64,000 bases of DNA, taken from IMG/VR virus record IMGVR_UViG_3300045747_000505, one strand, 5' to 3'. Positions 22,257 to 31,839 of the stretch are shown one piece after another. The notes under the pieces are model-generated. The model had not been told where the DNA came from. It worked only from the letters and a program-made list of their open reading frames with translations, and searched no databases. The translations under genes and the position numbers were made by a program. The DNA comes from a virus (lineage: Duplodnaviria; Caudoviricetes). The number at the start of each line of letters is the position of its first letter. The first letter of the stretch is position 1.

Positions 22257-22282
22257 GGACAGGACACTTCGGTGTCCTGTCC
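22257..22282 (+). terminator. Hairpin closing the tmRNA gene
   Basis: ggacaggacac-ttcg-gtgtcctgtcc. Confidence 0.7.
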
Positions 22283-22306
22283 GCTATCATTTATACTGGA
22301 GACCCT

Positions 22307-22795
22307 ATGCGCAAGCTGCTCGCCGCTCTCATGCTCACCCTCTCGCTGGGCGCTGCTGCCCAGTCGGAGCCGCATGTTCAGATCGGCGCAGCAGACTTCA
22401 CGGTCTTCAAGGTCTATCCGAACTTTGCGCTGCTCTTCGACCGCGAGTCGATGCATGGTGATGCCAACACCGGCGACGCGGTGATGACGATCAAGATTCA
22501 CCTGAAGTCCCCAGACCCAAGGCTCGTGCCGAAGTTTCCGGTCAAGTTCCTCGTCAACACTCTCTTCATCGAGTGCGAGAAGGATCAAGTCACGGTGCTG
22601 GTCAGCCAGATGTATGACGATGAGAATGACCTCGTCGGCATTCGTCGATACTACCCGCCCATTTCGAACCCACACTCAGAAGGTGCGCCGGCCACTGAGG
22701 TCCTCGACTTCGCCTGCGCCTCGAATCCGAAGTACCCGAACAAGCGTAACACGCCTATAATTGTTACACCTGACGATGACCGGAATGGTGTATAA
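22307..22795 (+). CDS. Secreted hypothetical protein
   Basis: SD GGAG, signal peptide MRKLLAALMLTLSLGAAAQ, two Cys. Confidence 0.65.
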   Translation: MRKLLAALMLTLSLGAAAQSEPHVQIGAADFTVFKVYPNFALLFDRESMHGDANTGDAVMTIKIHLKSPDPRLVPKFPVKFLVNTLFIECEKDQVTVLVSQMYDDENDLVGIRRYYPPISNPHSEGAPATEVLDFACASNPKYPNKRNTPIIVTPDDDRNGV

Positions 22796-22816
22796 TAGCC
22801 TCATGGAATCACAAAA

Positions 22817-22891
22817 GCGTCGTTAGCTCAATGGTAGAGTACGGGCCTCTAAAACCCAGGGTTATCGGTTCGATCCCGATACGACGCACCA
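22817..22891 (+). tRNA. tRNA-Sup(CTA), amber suppressor with a Lys-like body
   Basis: GCGTCGT/ACGACGC acceptor, loop CT-CTA-AA, TTCGATC T-loop, A73, CCA. Confidence 0.85.
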
Positions 22892-22912
22892 CCTCTTTTC
22901 AAGGAACCCAAA

Positions 22913-23206
22913 ATGTCTCTCTACGATCGCATGCCCCGCACGTCTGGCGAGAACATCGCCAACCGTCTCGCCTCGCAGAAGCTGAGCACCGACATGTGGG
23001 TGGGCAAGTTCGACAAGTGGCCTGATGGCTGCGGTGTTCGCAACGCCTCGCTCGCCCTCGGCAAGTGGATGGGCCTGTACGAAGCGCTCGGTCAGATTCA
23101 GCCTGAGCTGATCACGCAAGAGATGCAAGCCACGATGCGCGTCTACGCTGACGCCTGGGAGCGCATCGAGAATGTTCCACTTCGCCAGTACGAGCGGCTT
23201 GCGTGA
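22913..23206 (+). CDS. Hypothetical protein
   Basis: SD AAGGA, typical codon usage. Confidence 0.65.
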   Translation: MSLYDRMPRTSGENIANRLASQKLSTDMWVGKFDKWPDGCGVRNASLALGKWMGLYEALGQIQPELITQEMQATMRVYADAWERIENVPLRQYERLA

Positions 23207-23770
23207 AGGGTCTCAGTCCACTCGGCCTCGTCAAGGATCATCACATTGATCGAGGTCCGTGGGCGATTCGAATTGGGCAGATGCTGAAGGACGTTGGGCG
23301 ACAAGTGTTGCCCATCTCGAATCAAACGGTGCTGCCGGTGCTGACTGACATCGTCGAGGACGAGTTCGTTGCCACCGTGCCAACGATCGACAAGCACGAA
23401 GTTGGATTTCAAATTGGGGACATGGTGCTACCAAATGATTGAAGTCATCAAAGCAAGAGACAAGGCCGTGTGGAAGGTCAAGCTCGACAAGAAGCTGGTC
23501 GGTGAGATTCGCTTTCTCAATCCAGGCTTTCAGTACTTTCCGCGTGGCTCGAAGGAGGGTGGCGGTGTGCTGCCCTCGCTGAACGCCGTCATCAAGTCGC
23601 TCGAGGACTATTCCTGAACCTAAACAAATCGATGTACAAGTCCTAAGGACAGTGTACAATAGGAACTGTTGAGAAGCTCACAGTGGTGAGCAGTATCTTA
23701 GATAGTTGGCATAGACCGGGACCCCGTTGTCGCCCAGCCACAAACGACGACATCAACTAGTGAGATGATC

Positions 23771-24151
23771 ATGTAGATCCGCACTTCCAAAACCTACCTC
23801 TACGCAATCACACGCCGCGATCTCCCACTCGCGCAACAGGCTGTTCAAGCTGGCCACGCCGCCATTGAGCACGCTTACCAACATGGTCGTCCGCACGATC
23901 ATCATCCGTCGTACATCAAGCTGACGACGCGAGACAAGGCCGCTCTTCTCGAGCTTCAGGCCACGCTTGCCACGCACGGCATTCAAACCGCAGAATTTCA
24001 CGAGCCATACAAAGCTTGGGGCCTCACCGCAATCGCCTGTCTTCTCGGCGAGGAACAACGCTGTCTGTTACGACAGTTACAGCTTTGGACCACGCAGAAT
24101 GCTCAGGTTCGTGATACAATGGACACATCAACCACTCGGAGTTTCTCATGA
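23771..24151 (+). CDS. Pth2-type peptidyl-tRNA hydrolase-like protein with an in-frame TAG at codon 2 (not in the ORF track)
   Basis: Manual translation M*IRTSKTYLYAITRRDLPLAQQAVQAGHAAIEH...FHEPYKAWGLTAIAC; ends in an ATGA overlap with 24148. Confidence 0.75.
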
Positions 24152-24627
24152 CTCATCCCCTCGTTACCAAGTGCCTCGCCGCTCAGGCCGAGGTCGACAG
24201 CATCGTAGCCCTGCTCAAGGGAAATAGCAAGCACCAGATCGACATCATGAAGGAGCTCATCGAGCGCGCCGACATGCCCGAGATCAAGCTGGACAAGCGC
24301 TTCGCTGGTCTCTTCAGCTACGACTACATCGAGATCGAGGTCTCCAGCGCTGGCCGCGCCTCCTTCAGTGTCTGGGAGGATGCCTACGCCGATATCCCGG
24401 AGGAGAACGTCGGTGAGTTCGACCTCAGCGAGCACATCCTCGACGGTCGTGACGACGACTTCCGGCTCGAGTACGAAGCCTACGTGGCTCGGATCGCCGA
24501 GGCCTTTCGTGAGCGCGCGTGGATTCAGCGCGACGCCGAGATCGCTCGTGCTCGCGCCACCCTCGACCAGCTCGAGCGGCAGCGCGAAGCCATCATCGCC
24601 CACGGCCCCATCAGGATCAAGTCATGA
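24148..24627 (+). CDS. Hypothetical protein
   Basis: SD GGAG; promoter inside the 3' end of the Pth-like gene. Confidence 0.7.
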   Translation: MTHPLVTKCLAAQAEVDSIVALLKGNSKHQIDIMKELIERADMPEIKLDKRFAGLFSYDYIEIEVSSAGRASFSVWEDAYADIPEENVGEFDLSEHILDGRDDDFRLEYEAYVARIAEAFRERAWIQRDAEIARARATLDQLERQREAIIAHGPIRIKS

Positions 24628-24870
24628 ACCTCGCCGAAGCACAAGCCGCCCACAAGGCTGCGATCGACCTGCGAACCGAGCTGTGGCGCCGGGTTCCCAA
24701 GACCATTCAACTACCCGACTGGCGCGATGAGGGTGAGTTCGACACCTTCGAGCTGTACCACATCGACGCCATTGGTCTGACGGCCAGCTATCGCATGTAC
24801 ATCGGTCGCAATGAGTACGACTACTCTGCGGCCCAACCAATCATCCTCACCGAGCTCTTCAAGGACTGAC

Positions 24871-25344
24871 ATGACCACCTTCACCATCATTCACCTCACG
24901 CCGGCCTCGAACAGGGACTGGAGCGGCGAAGATCAGAGCTACATCACTCAAGAAGCTCAGACCCGAATCGACATCACACGCGTCATCGAGCGCGCGGCCG
25001 ACTTCTGGATGGACGGCATCAAGAAGGCCGGCCATGAGAAGAACACGTTCATCCTCATCAACGGTCGCGAGCCCGAGGACTATCCCTACAACCAGGACGT
25101 GGACGTCAACGACTACCTCGACGATGACCCCTACACTCCCGAGGAGCTGGGCGACTACGCTACGCTTCGCGCCATTGTGAACGCAAAGGTCGACGACTGG
25201 AAGGCCGAGAAGGCCGCAGCTGAAGAAGCCGAACGTCAACGCCTCGCAAATCTGGCTGCTGCAAAGGCTCGTCAAATCGCTCAGATGCAGCGTGACAAGG
25301 ACGAAGCCGACTTTCAGCTGCTCAGGCGCAAGCTGGGCAAGTGA
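24871..25344 (+). CDS. Hypothetical protein with coiled-coil C-terminus
   Basis: SD AAGGA before the ATG at 24871. Confidence 0.6.
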   Translation: MTTFTIIHLTPASNRDWSGEDQSYITQEAQTRIDITRVIERAADFWMDGIKKAGHEKNTFILINGREPEDYPYNQDVDVNDYLDDDPYTPEELGDYATLRAIVNAKVDDWKAEKAAAEEAERQRLANLAAAKARQIAQMQRDKDEADFQLLRRKLGK

Positions 25345-25397
25345 TCACAACCGTCCGCGCACTTCTAATAGCATTAGTTGGCAAATAAGGAATTGCA

Positions 25398-25490
25398 ATG
25401 ATCTAGGTAAACGCAGTCGCTCGTGGTCCTCCGAGGTTGAATGACACATTCACGGTTCATTCACTTCACATTTCAAGGATCACATCATGA
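25398..25490 (+). promoter_or_regulatory. Candidate leader ORF ATG-ATC-TAG; readthrough gives MI*VNAVARGPP... and couples to 25487
   Basis: SD AAGGA; frame stays open after TAG until a TGA overlapping the ATG of 25487. Confidence 0.5.
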
Positions 25491-25873
25491 CCAAGCTCTA
25501 CGACAATCTCTACGCCGAGTTCTCCTTCACCTCCCGTGAGGAGTATCTCGAGGCATCCAAGCGCTGGAAGGCTGACTACGCTCAGCGCTCAGCGAACATT
25601 CGCACCACCCGTGCCGCCTTCAAGGCCGCGCAGCGTGAGGTCTCCAAGGCCGAGCTCGCGTTCGACGGCAAGCCGCTCTGGCACCTCGACTACGACAACC
25701 CAGCGCGCAAGGCTTGGGTTGCAGCGTCCAAGCCGATGGCCGAAGCCATGTACGCCCTTCGGGATCAGCGTCGCATGGCAGTGCTCATGCTCGAGGTTCG
25801 CTCTGGCATGAAGTGCGAGGCTGGCAATCAGCGTGAGCTGCGTCTTCAGGACGAAGCGCTGAAAGCGGCTTGA
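25487..25873 (+). CDS. Hypothetical basic helical protein (SREEYL...WKADY)
   Basis: SD AAGGA, 128 aa. Confidence 0.7.
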   Translation: MTKLYDNLYAEFSFTSREEYLEASKRWKADYAQRSANIRTTRAAFKAAQREVSKAELAFDGKPLWHLDYDNPARKAWVAASKPMAEAMYALRDQRRMAVLMLEVRSGMKCEAGNQRELRLQDEALKAA

Positions 25874-25952
25874 CATAGGACAACCTTGTGATAAATACTG
25901 ACGGTCGAACCTAAACTCGACCGTCAGTACAACTAATCTCAAGGACGCTCCT

Positions 25953-26534
25953 ATGAAGAAGTCTCTCATTGCTCTCGCCCTGCTCGCCGCTACCTCCGCC
26001 TTCGCTGGTGGCACCGGCTTCGTCTCCTACGACTACGACCGCCTCAACAGGGGTCAAGGCCCGCTGCGGTATCAACAGACCGTCAAGACCGGCGTCGCAT
26101 TCGACACTGGCCTTGGCACCGTTGACCTGGCTGGCATCGGTCGTCAGCTCGTCGGCACCGCCAAGGACAACAACCTTGGCGTCGAGGTCGGCTACGGTCT
26201 CAAGCACAAGTACATGGGTGCCACGCTTGGCGCCCGCGCCGCCTGGACTCGCGTCAATCTCGTTGACACTCACAACCGTACCTTCCGTGGTCGCAGCGAG
26301 TACTACACGCTTGGCGCTGACCTGTCGGCTCCGCTGTCCAGCAACACGGCAGCCTTCGTTGGCTACACTCACCTGTCCCCGCTGAACGGTGGCACCTCAC
26401 GCGCCAACCGTACGACCCTCGGTCTGGACCTCAAGCTGACCTCAGCGATGTCGGCTCGCCTCGGCTACGCCTACACGGTTCAAGACGGTCAGTCCCTGAA
26501 CGGGTTCACGACCGCCGTGTCGTACGACTTCTAA
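25953..26534 (+). CDS. Outer-membrane beta-barrel protein
   Basis: Signal peptide, alternating beta-strand pattern, C-terminal aromatic signature AVSYDF. Confidence 0.75.
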   Translation: MKKSLIALALLAATSAFAGGTGFVSYDYDRLNRGQGPLRYQQTVKTGVAFDTGLGTVDLAGIGRQLVGTAKDNNLGVEVGYGLKHKYMGATLGARAAWTRVNLVDTHNRTFRGRSEYYTLGADLSAPLSSNTAAFVGYTHLSPLNGGTSRANRTTLGLDLKLTSAMSARLGYAYTVQDGQSLNGFTTAVSYDF

Positions 26535-26665
26535 GACCCCGAACCTAGATATAGAGCCTTAGGTTCAGGGTTCCTGAACCTAAATAGGACGTACTCGTCC
26601 TGGGCTCAGGGGGTTATAATCAACCCATCGTGTTAAAGAGAGCCCTCACACAATAGGGCTCTCAC

Positions 26666-26983
26666 ATGAAACGCACTCCAAACAAATCCCCTAATCACAA
26701 CCAACTTTGGTATCGTGCGCAGTTGACGCCCATGTCGACCTCGCTATTTACCGACGCTTTTTATCCGAAACCGAAACGAGGTTCAGGCGCACAATACGTG
26801 TTCTTCACCCAGATTGACGTGACACCAACCACGCACAAGGTTATCTTGGCCTCACGCCTGGAAGAATCCGGTGTTAGAATGGTGACACACGAACTGGCAA
26901 CGAGAATCCTCATCCCGAAGGAAAAAGCGACCAAGGCTGAAATGGCAAAACTGAACGAACTGACCGCAAAACTGAAAGTCTGA
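26666..26983 (+). CDS. Hypothetical protein
   Basis: ORF after an AACCTA-N32-TATAAT promoter. Confidence 0.5.
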   Translation: MKRTPNKSPNHNQLWYRAQLTPMSTSLFTDAFYPKPKRGSGAQYVFFTQIDVTPTTHKVILASRLEESGVRMVTHELATRILIPKEKATKAEMAKLNELTAKLKV

Positions 26984-27633
26984 TGACCTACTTTACCTAC
27001 CTCTACTCGGACCCAAAAGTTGGCGTCTGGCGATACGTAGGTAAGGGCGACTCTTTTAGACCGTTCGCTCACCAACGAAAGGCTTCTAACAAACAACTGA
27101 CATCGATGATTCGGAAGAGAATGAATGAAGGGTTCAAGATAGAACCAGTCCTCATTCAAGCGCCATCTGAGATGTCGGCCTTTGCGATGGAAATCTTTTG
27201 GATTGCGGTTATTGGGCGTGAAGACCTTGAGTTAGGAACGCTCTTCAACAAAACAAATGGCGGCGAAGGTGTAAGCGGACGAGTTGTAGGACCAGAAGAA
27301 CGAATGGCTCGTTCGGTCTTGCGAAAAGCCGAATACGCTAGACGCACACCAGCAGAGTGGGAACACTTCAACAGACAACGTAGTCAAAACCTCCATTCAA
27401 AATCAGATAGCGAAAAGGCTATCATCGCTGAAAAAATCTCGCTCGCTACATCGGCATCCTATCAGGGAAAAGATGAGGCGTCCAAGGCTGAAATCTCTAG
27501 GAAGAAGGCCGAAGCGAAAACAAAGTATCATCAAGGCCTGAGCGAAGAACAACGTGCCGCACGTGCGAAGAACATCGCCGACGGTATGGCTCGAGCCAAA
27601 GCCCTAAAACTCTCGGAAAAACTGAAGGTCTGA
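26983..27633 (+). mobile_element. GIY-YIG-family homing endonuclease
   Basis: YFTYLYSDPK...YVGKG...R..AH; LFNKTNGGEG; AT-rich. Confidence 0.75.
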
Positions 27634-27871
27634 ACATGAACGACATGATGCTCGAGCTGTACGAACGTCTCAAGGAAATGAGCAAGGCCTACGACGTCAC
27701 CATCGTGACCACGCCGCGCGGTTGGGTGCAACCCGTGGAGCTGGCCTTCATGACCGCCAAGCCGAAGGCTGACGCCACGATCGTCAAGTTCGAGCAGCTC
27801 AAGGTTCGTGAGTCCGCCGAGTACATGACCAACATCCTTCGCTTCGACCCACACGCCGGCAATCAATCATC

Positions 27872-28420
27872 GTGAAGACAGCACGCCACCTCTGGCTTGA
27901 CCTTGAGGACACCATCATCACGCCAGTTCTGAATGGCTGGTTCAATGTTCAGCTCATGAACATTGTCAAGGTGCGGCAGGTCATCAAAGAGTTTGAGCCA
28001 GACTACGTGCACATCTTCTCGTTCGCCATCTGGGATCAGGCGCAGCTGCACGGCTTCAACACTCTGCTGCGTGATCACCTTGAACGTGCACTTGGCGTTG
28101 AGTTCAGCGTGGTGCCAACGGTGGACGACGACATTCTGCCACGCTGCTGCAAGGTTGCTGGCATTCACCGTGACACGGTCTCCTTTCTGGAGATGAGCGA
28201 CTTCTGGGGCAAGCACGAGGCGTTTCGCCTGTTCATGCGCTCGACCTACGCCAACATGCAACCCGACGTCTCCGTCGACGTCATGCTGCTCGACGACTCG
28301 GTCATCAACGAATCCTTCAACTGGCCTGACCTTCGAATCTCAGGTCGCATCTTCAACATCGAGAAGCCCATATGTCTTCAACCGTCATCTCAGCCTATCT
28401 GGACGCCGCGAACGGCGTGA
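27872..28420 (+). CDS. HAD-superfamily-like protein
   Basis: LWLDLEDTII and VMLLDD motifs. Confidence 0.5.
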   Translation: MKTARHLWLDLEDTIITPVLNGWFNVQLMNIVKVRQVIKEFEPDYVHIFSFAIWDQAQLHGFNTLLRDHLERALGVEFSVVPTVDDDILPRCCKVAGIHRDTVSFLEMSDFWGKHEAFRLFMRSTYANMQPDVSVDVMLLDDSVINESFNWPDLRISGRIFNIEKPICLQPSSQPIWTPRTA

Positions 28421-28767
28421 CTCCCGTTGCTCCGGTCCCTGCGAAGCAGGCCAAGCCGAAGCGTGAGCCGAAGCCAGCACGGATCACCGTCACCGACGAA
28501 ACGCGTGAGCGTCGTGCCTCCTACAAGAGCGCGCTCAAGTGCGGCAAGTGGGTCATCGAGTTCATCAAGGTCGACGGCACGCCGGCCGTGATGGAGTGCA
28601 CGCTCGACGCCAAGTACCTGCCCGCCGTCGATCCGCTGAAGCCGATCGTGTCGCGCCCAGATGTCAGCGAACACCTGCTCCACGTCTACGCCACCGACCG
28701 TCAAGCCTGGCGCTCGTTCACCGTCGACAACGTCACGAAGTTCTACAAGCTCGTGGAGTCGCTGTGA
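28372..28767 (+). CDS. SH3/WYL-like protein (DUF2693-like)
   Basis: IEFIKVDGT..MECTLD...VYATDRQAWRSFTVDNV. Confidence 0.6.
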   Translation: MSSTVISAYLDAANGVTPVAPVPAKQAKPKREPKPARITVTDETRERRASYKSALKCGKWVIEFIKVDGTPAVMECTLDAKYLPAVDPLKPIVSRPDVSEHLLHVYATDRQAWRSFTVDNVTKFYKLVESL

Positions 28768-29207
28768 CCGCCCCGCTCATCGGCGACACCCGTCCAGCGC
28801 CAGACGGCAACGGCACCGAGTACTTCACAGACAAGGGCTGGGTGTTGATTGCGTCCGCACCATCGTATTCAAATCCGTTCACCGACATCTTCGCAGCGCA
28901 GGCAAAGCAGCACGATGCCCTGCTCGCCAAGTACGGTCCCAACTACAATCGCCCAGCGCTGGTGTTCAATCTGAACGTGGCCGAGAAGGCCGTCGTTGAT
29001 GCGTGGCTCGAATCCCTGCTGCCTGAGATCAAGGCGAAGGGTGGGCGCATCGACGTCGGCGGCACGCCGTACTACGGCGCTATGGGTGGCGGCGTCATCT
29101 ACAGCTTTCTGTCGACCAGCCTCGGCGACATCATCACCGTCAAGGAGGCGATCACGGGCAAAGAGCTCAACGTGACCGAAGCTCTTGGCTGGTTCTTCTT
29201 CGGTTAA
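28764..29207 (+). CDS. Hypothetical protein
   Basis: GTGA-coupled ORF, start at 28764. Confidence 0.5.
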   Translation: MTAPLIGDTRPAPDGNGTEYFTDKGWVLIASAPSYSNPFTDIFAAQAKQHDALLAKYGPNYNRPALVFNLNVAEKAVVDAWLESLLPEIKAKGGRIDVGGTPYYGAMGGGVIYSFLSTSLGDIITVKEAITGKELNVTEALGWFFFG

Positions 29208-29221
29208 CTTCAAGGACTTCA

Positions 29222-29542
29222 ATGATCATCAAGTGTCTCAAGCTCATCGGCGGTGAAGAAATCGTCTTCGACTATCAAGGTACCGCCACCGTCGAGGGCG
29301 TTCGCTGCCACATCGTGCAGAACGTCGTCGCCTTTCAGATGCTGCGGCATCCAGAAACCGGTCAGCCGATGGAGGCCTTCGGTGAGTGGCCGAAGCTGGC
29401 GCAGCCAGGTCAGGTTCAGCATATCCCTCTGACCTCGGCGATAAATATGCCGTTGGACGCCAACGAAGAGCTGGCTCGTCACTATCAACAATCCATCACC
29501 GGCATCAGCCTGCCACCGACCCCGAAAATTCTGCTCAGCTAA
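29222..29542 (+). CDS. Sm-like fold hypothetical protein of large phages
   Basis: IKCLKLIGGEEIV N-terminus. Confidence 0.5.
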   Translation: MIIKCLKLIGGEEIVFDYQGTATVEGVRCHIVQNVVAFQMLRHPETGQPMEAFGEWPKLAQPGQVQHIPLTSAINMPLDANEELARHYQQSITGISLPPTPKILLS

Positions 29543-30202
29543 GGAGACCGCTTGAACTACGCCGCCATCATGAACGCTCTGCCGAAGGACGTTGCCACGC
29601 TTCTTCAACGCCACCTGGATGCCATGGAGATCGACTTTCTCGCTCCAGACCTCGTCCACTCGCTTGTTGTCGAAGCCGTCGAACGGACCAAGACGGAGAT
29701 GACCGTTGATGCCGGCGTGCGTGGCATGGTCGAAATGCTGCTTGGGCAGATGCCAGACGCCGCCGTTCAAGTGCTCTGCATGTCATGAGCATTGAGGATC
29801 AAGTAGCTGCGCTGATCAAGAAGCACGACGAGCAGGCGCGACGCCTTCACCTTGCCGAGCTTCGTCTGAAGGCGCACGTTGCCAAGCTGGAGGAGCAGGC
29901 AAGACGCATCGCAGCTCTTCAAGCTTCGGTCACGGCGCTCTCTCAGCGGGTCAGCCGATCCTAATCAGGACCCTCCACAGTTTCCGCAATCCCGTATAAA
30001 TAGAACATCAGCTCAGGAGATACCCTTCCGTGTCCTACTCGTCCTTGTCATCGCTAGCCTATTGCTCACCACTGGTGGGTAGTGGCGCGCCTACACTTGG
30101 ACCACGCAGAGGTTCCCAACGATAAGAGATCACTAAGATCCAATCGAACGGGAACCCTCGAAAGAAGGTTCCCGTTTTCGTATCTGTGTGATACAATAGA
30201 AC

Positions 30203-30808
30203 ATGTCTAAATTTTACGCCTACATTTATAGAGACAACGAGGTTCCGTTTTATGTTGGTAAGGGAACAGGCAATCGTGCCTATCTTCATCTTACCGACCG
30301 AAGAGGATCACACTTTACAAATAGGGTTCAGCGTCTCGTAAGAGAAGGTCGAGCCCCGACAATAGAAATCATCGAAGCGCTGGACGAGGACCACGCCAAG
30401 TTTTTAGAAGTTTGTCTCATCGAGGTCATTGGTCGTGCCGACCTTGGCAAAGGAACATTGTTGAACCTAACCGATGGTGGCGATGGTAGAACAACTTGGT
30501 CTGAAGAACAGAAACGGCATCACTCTGAAAAAATGACGGGACAGAAGAGAACGGAAGAAACCAAAAGACTGATGTCTGAAGTACAATCGCAGATACCAAG
30601 ACAGAAGGCAAAACCAGGCGAAAAGAAACGAGGACCAGCGAAAGGAACGAAGTACGCAAATCGTGTCAACGGAACCTTTAGCGACGAACATCGACTAAAG
30701 TTGGCGCAATCTCAAACCGGAAAAACGCATTCGCCTGAGACCCGTGCCAAGATCGCAGAGACACGGCGGAAGACAGAAGAACGAAAGAAGATGTTACAGA
30801 CAACCTAG
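30203..30808 (+). mobile_element. GIY-YIG homing endonuclease with NUMOD3 repeats
   Basis: FYAYIYRD...FYVGKGTGNR; LLNLTDGGDG; HSPETRAKI; AT-rich. Confidence 0.85.
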
Positions 30809-30811
30809 GTC

Positions 30812-30954
30812 GTTACAAAAAAGTGATGTACAGGGTCTGAGAACATGATAGAATAGCTTCATCGGTTGGAAATACAAGCTCTCACAAATCTTGTTACGAA
30901 CAACCTGAGACGTTACAAAAAAGTGGTGTACAATCGATAGGATTATGTTATAGT
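30812..30954 (+). promoter_or_regulatory. Tandem promoters heading the tRNA array
   Basis: cgttacaaaaaagtgRtgtaca repeated 100 bp apart, each GTTACA box 31 nt before TAGAAT or TATAGT. Confidence 0.75.
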
Positions 30955-31356
30955 AGCTCTATCGATTGGACACGGTCCAGTAAGCAAGCCCTAAACACCT
31001 TGCGACCCTCTGCAAAGAGGCTGCTCTAGAAGGCAACGATGCCTTCGATCAAAATTTGAACATGCCAACAGCTTACGCTGATGGTCAATGCATCTGGTTA
31101 GAACGGGCTCCAATGGGCGCCCCAGTATTGCCGGTCACGTTGATTGTCTAACGTAAGAACTTGTCTTGCCTCTAGTGTATGTGCCTGAAATAACCGGTCC
31201 TTGTAGGCCGAAGGCTGAAACGTGTACCGTAAGTTCGAAAGGACTGAGGAGTCGTCAGTGGTCGTCGCTAGAACGTAAGACAAAACCTGGACTGTTGGCG
31301 ACTTTGACACGACGCTGTATTGCGCTCCTCTGTCATCGTTAGTAATGGTCCACTAT

Positions 31357-31431
31357 AGGAGATTAGCTCAGAGGCAGAGCAACGCCCTTACAAGGCGAAG
31401 GTCGGGATTTCGAAATTCCCATCTCCTACCA
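31357..31431 (+). tRNA. tRNA-Val(TAC)
   Basis: Cloverleaf, CT-TAC-AA, CCA. Confidence 0.9.
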
Positions 31432-31502
31432 TATCAAAGATCATCAGAGACACAGCCGCCCTAAGCCGCGGAAGTATGGTGGTGATCGGTGTTCTTTGAT
31501 AT

Positions 31503-31590
31503 GGTTGTATGGGTGAGATGGCTGAAACCGCCTGTCTGTAAAACAGGTTCCCGAAAGGACACGTTGGTTCAAATCCAACTGCAACCACCA
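31503..31590 (+). tRNA. tRNA-Tyr(GTA)
   Basis: CCTGT-CTGTAAA-ACAGG, long variable arm, CCA. Confidence 0.9.
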
Positions 31591-31597
31591 GAATAAT

Positions 31598-31683
31598 GGA
31601 TGACGAGTAGCACTGGCGACTACAGCGGACTGTAACCCCGCCGCCTTATGGCATACTAGGTTCGACTCCTAGGTCATCCACCA
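31598..31683 (+). tRNA. tRNA-Tyr(GTA), second copy
   Basis: CT-GTA-AC loop, long variable arm, CCA. Confidence 0.85.
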
Positions 31684-31839
31684 GATTTATCAGCTCGGCG
31701 CGACGTGCGCTGGCAGACATGGAAACGGCGATGCTTCGGCATTTAGGTCCGCCCATAGCGTCCGGGAAACACAGGCCTGGATTTACCGAGCTGAGTTTTT
31801 GTATTAGGCTAATCGTAAATAGTCGATAGCAAGGAGACA

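Noticed and set aside
22817-22891. Pyrrolysine tRNA
   Set aside because: The loop CTCTAAA matches, but the D-loop, T-loop and spacing are canonical, and no pyl genes are seen.
26541-26582. Inverted GAACCTA/TAGGTTC repeat as a recombination site
   Set aside because: Better explained as copies of the promoter box plus a terminator-like hairpin; no recombinase is nearby.
30960-31350. RNase P RNA or SRP RNA
   Set aside because: The GAGGAAAGUCC and GGAA/GCAG signature motifs were not found by eye; kept only as an unassigned ncRNA candidate.
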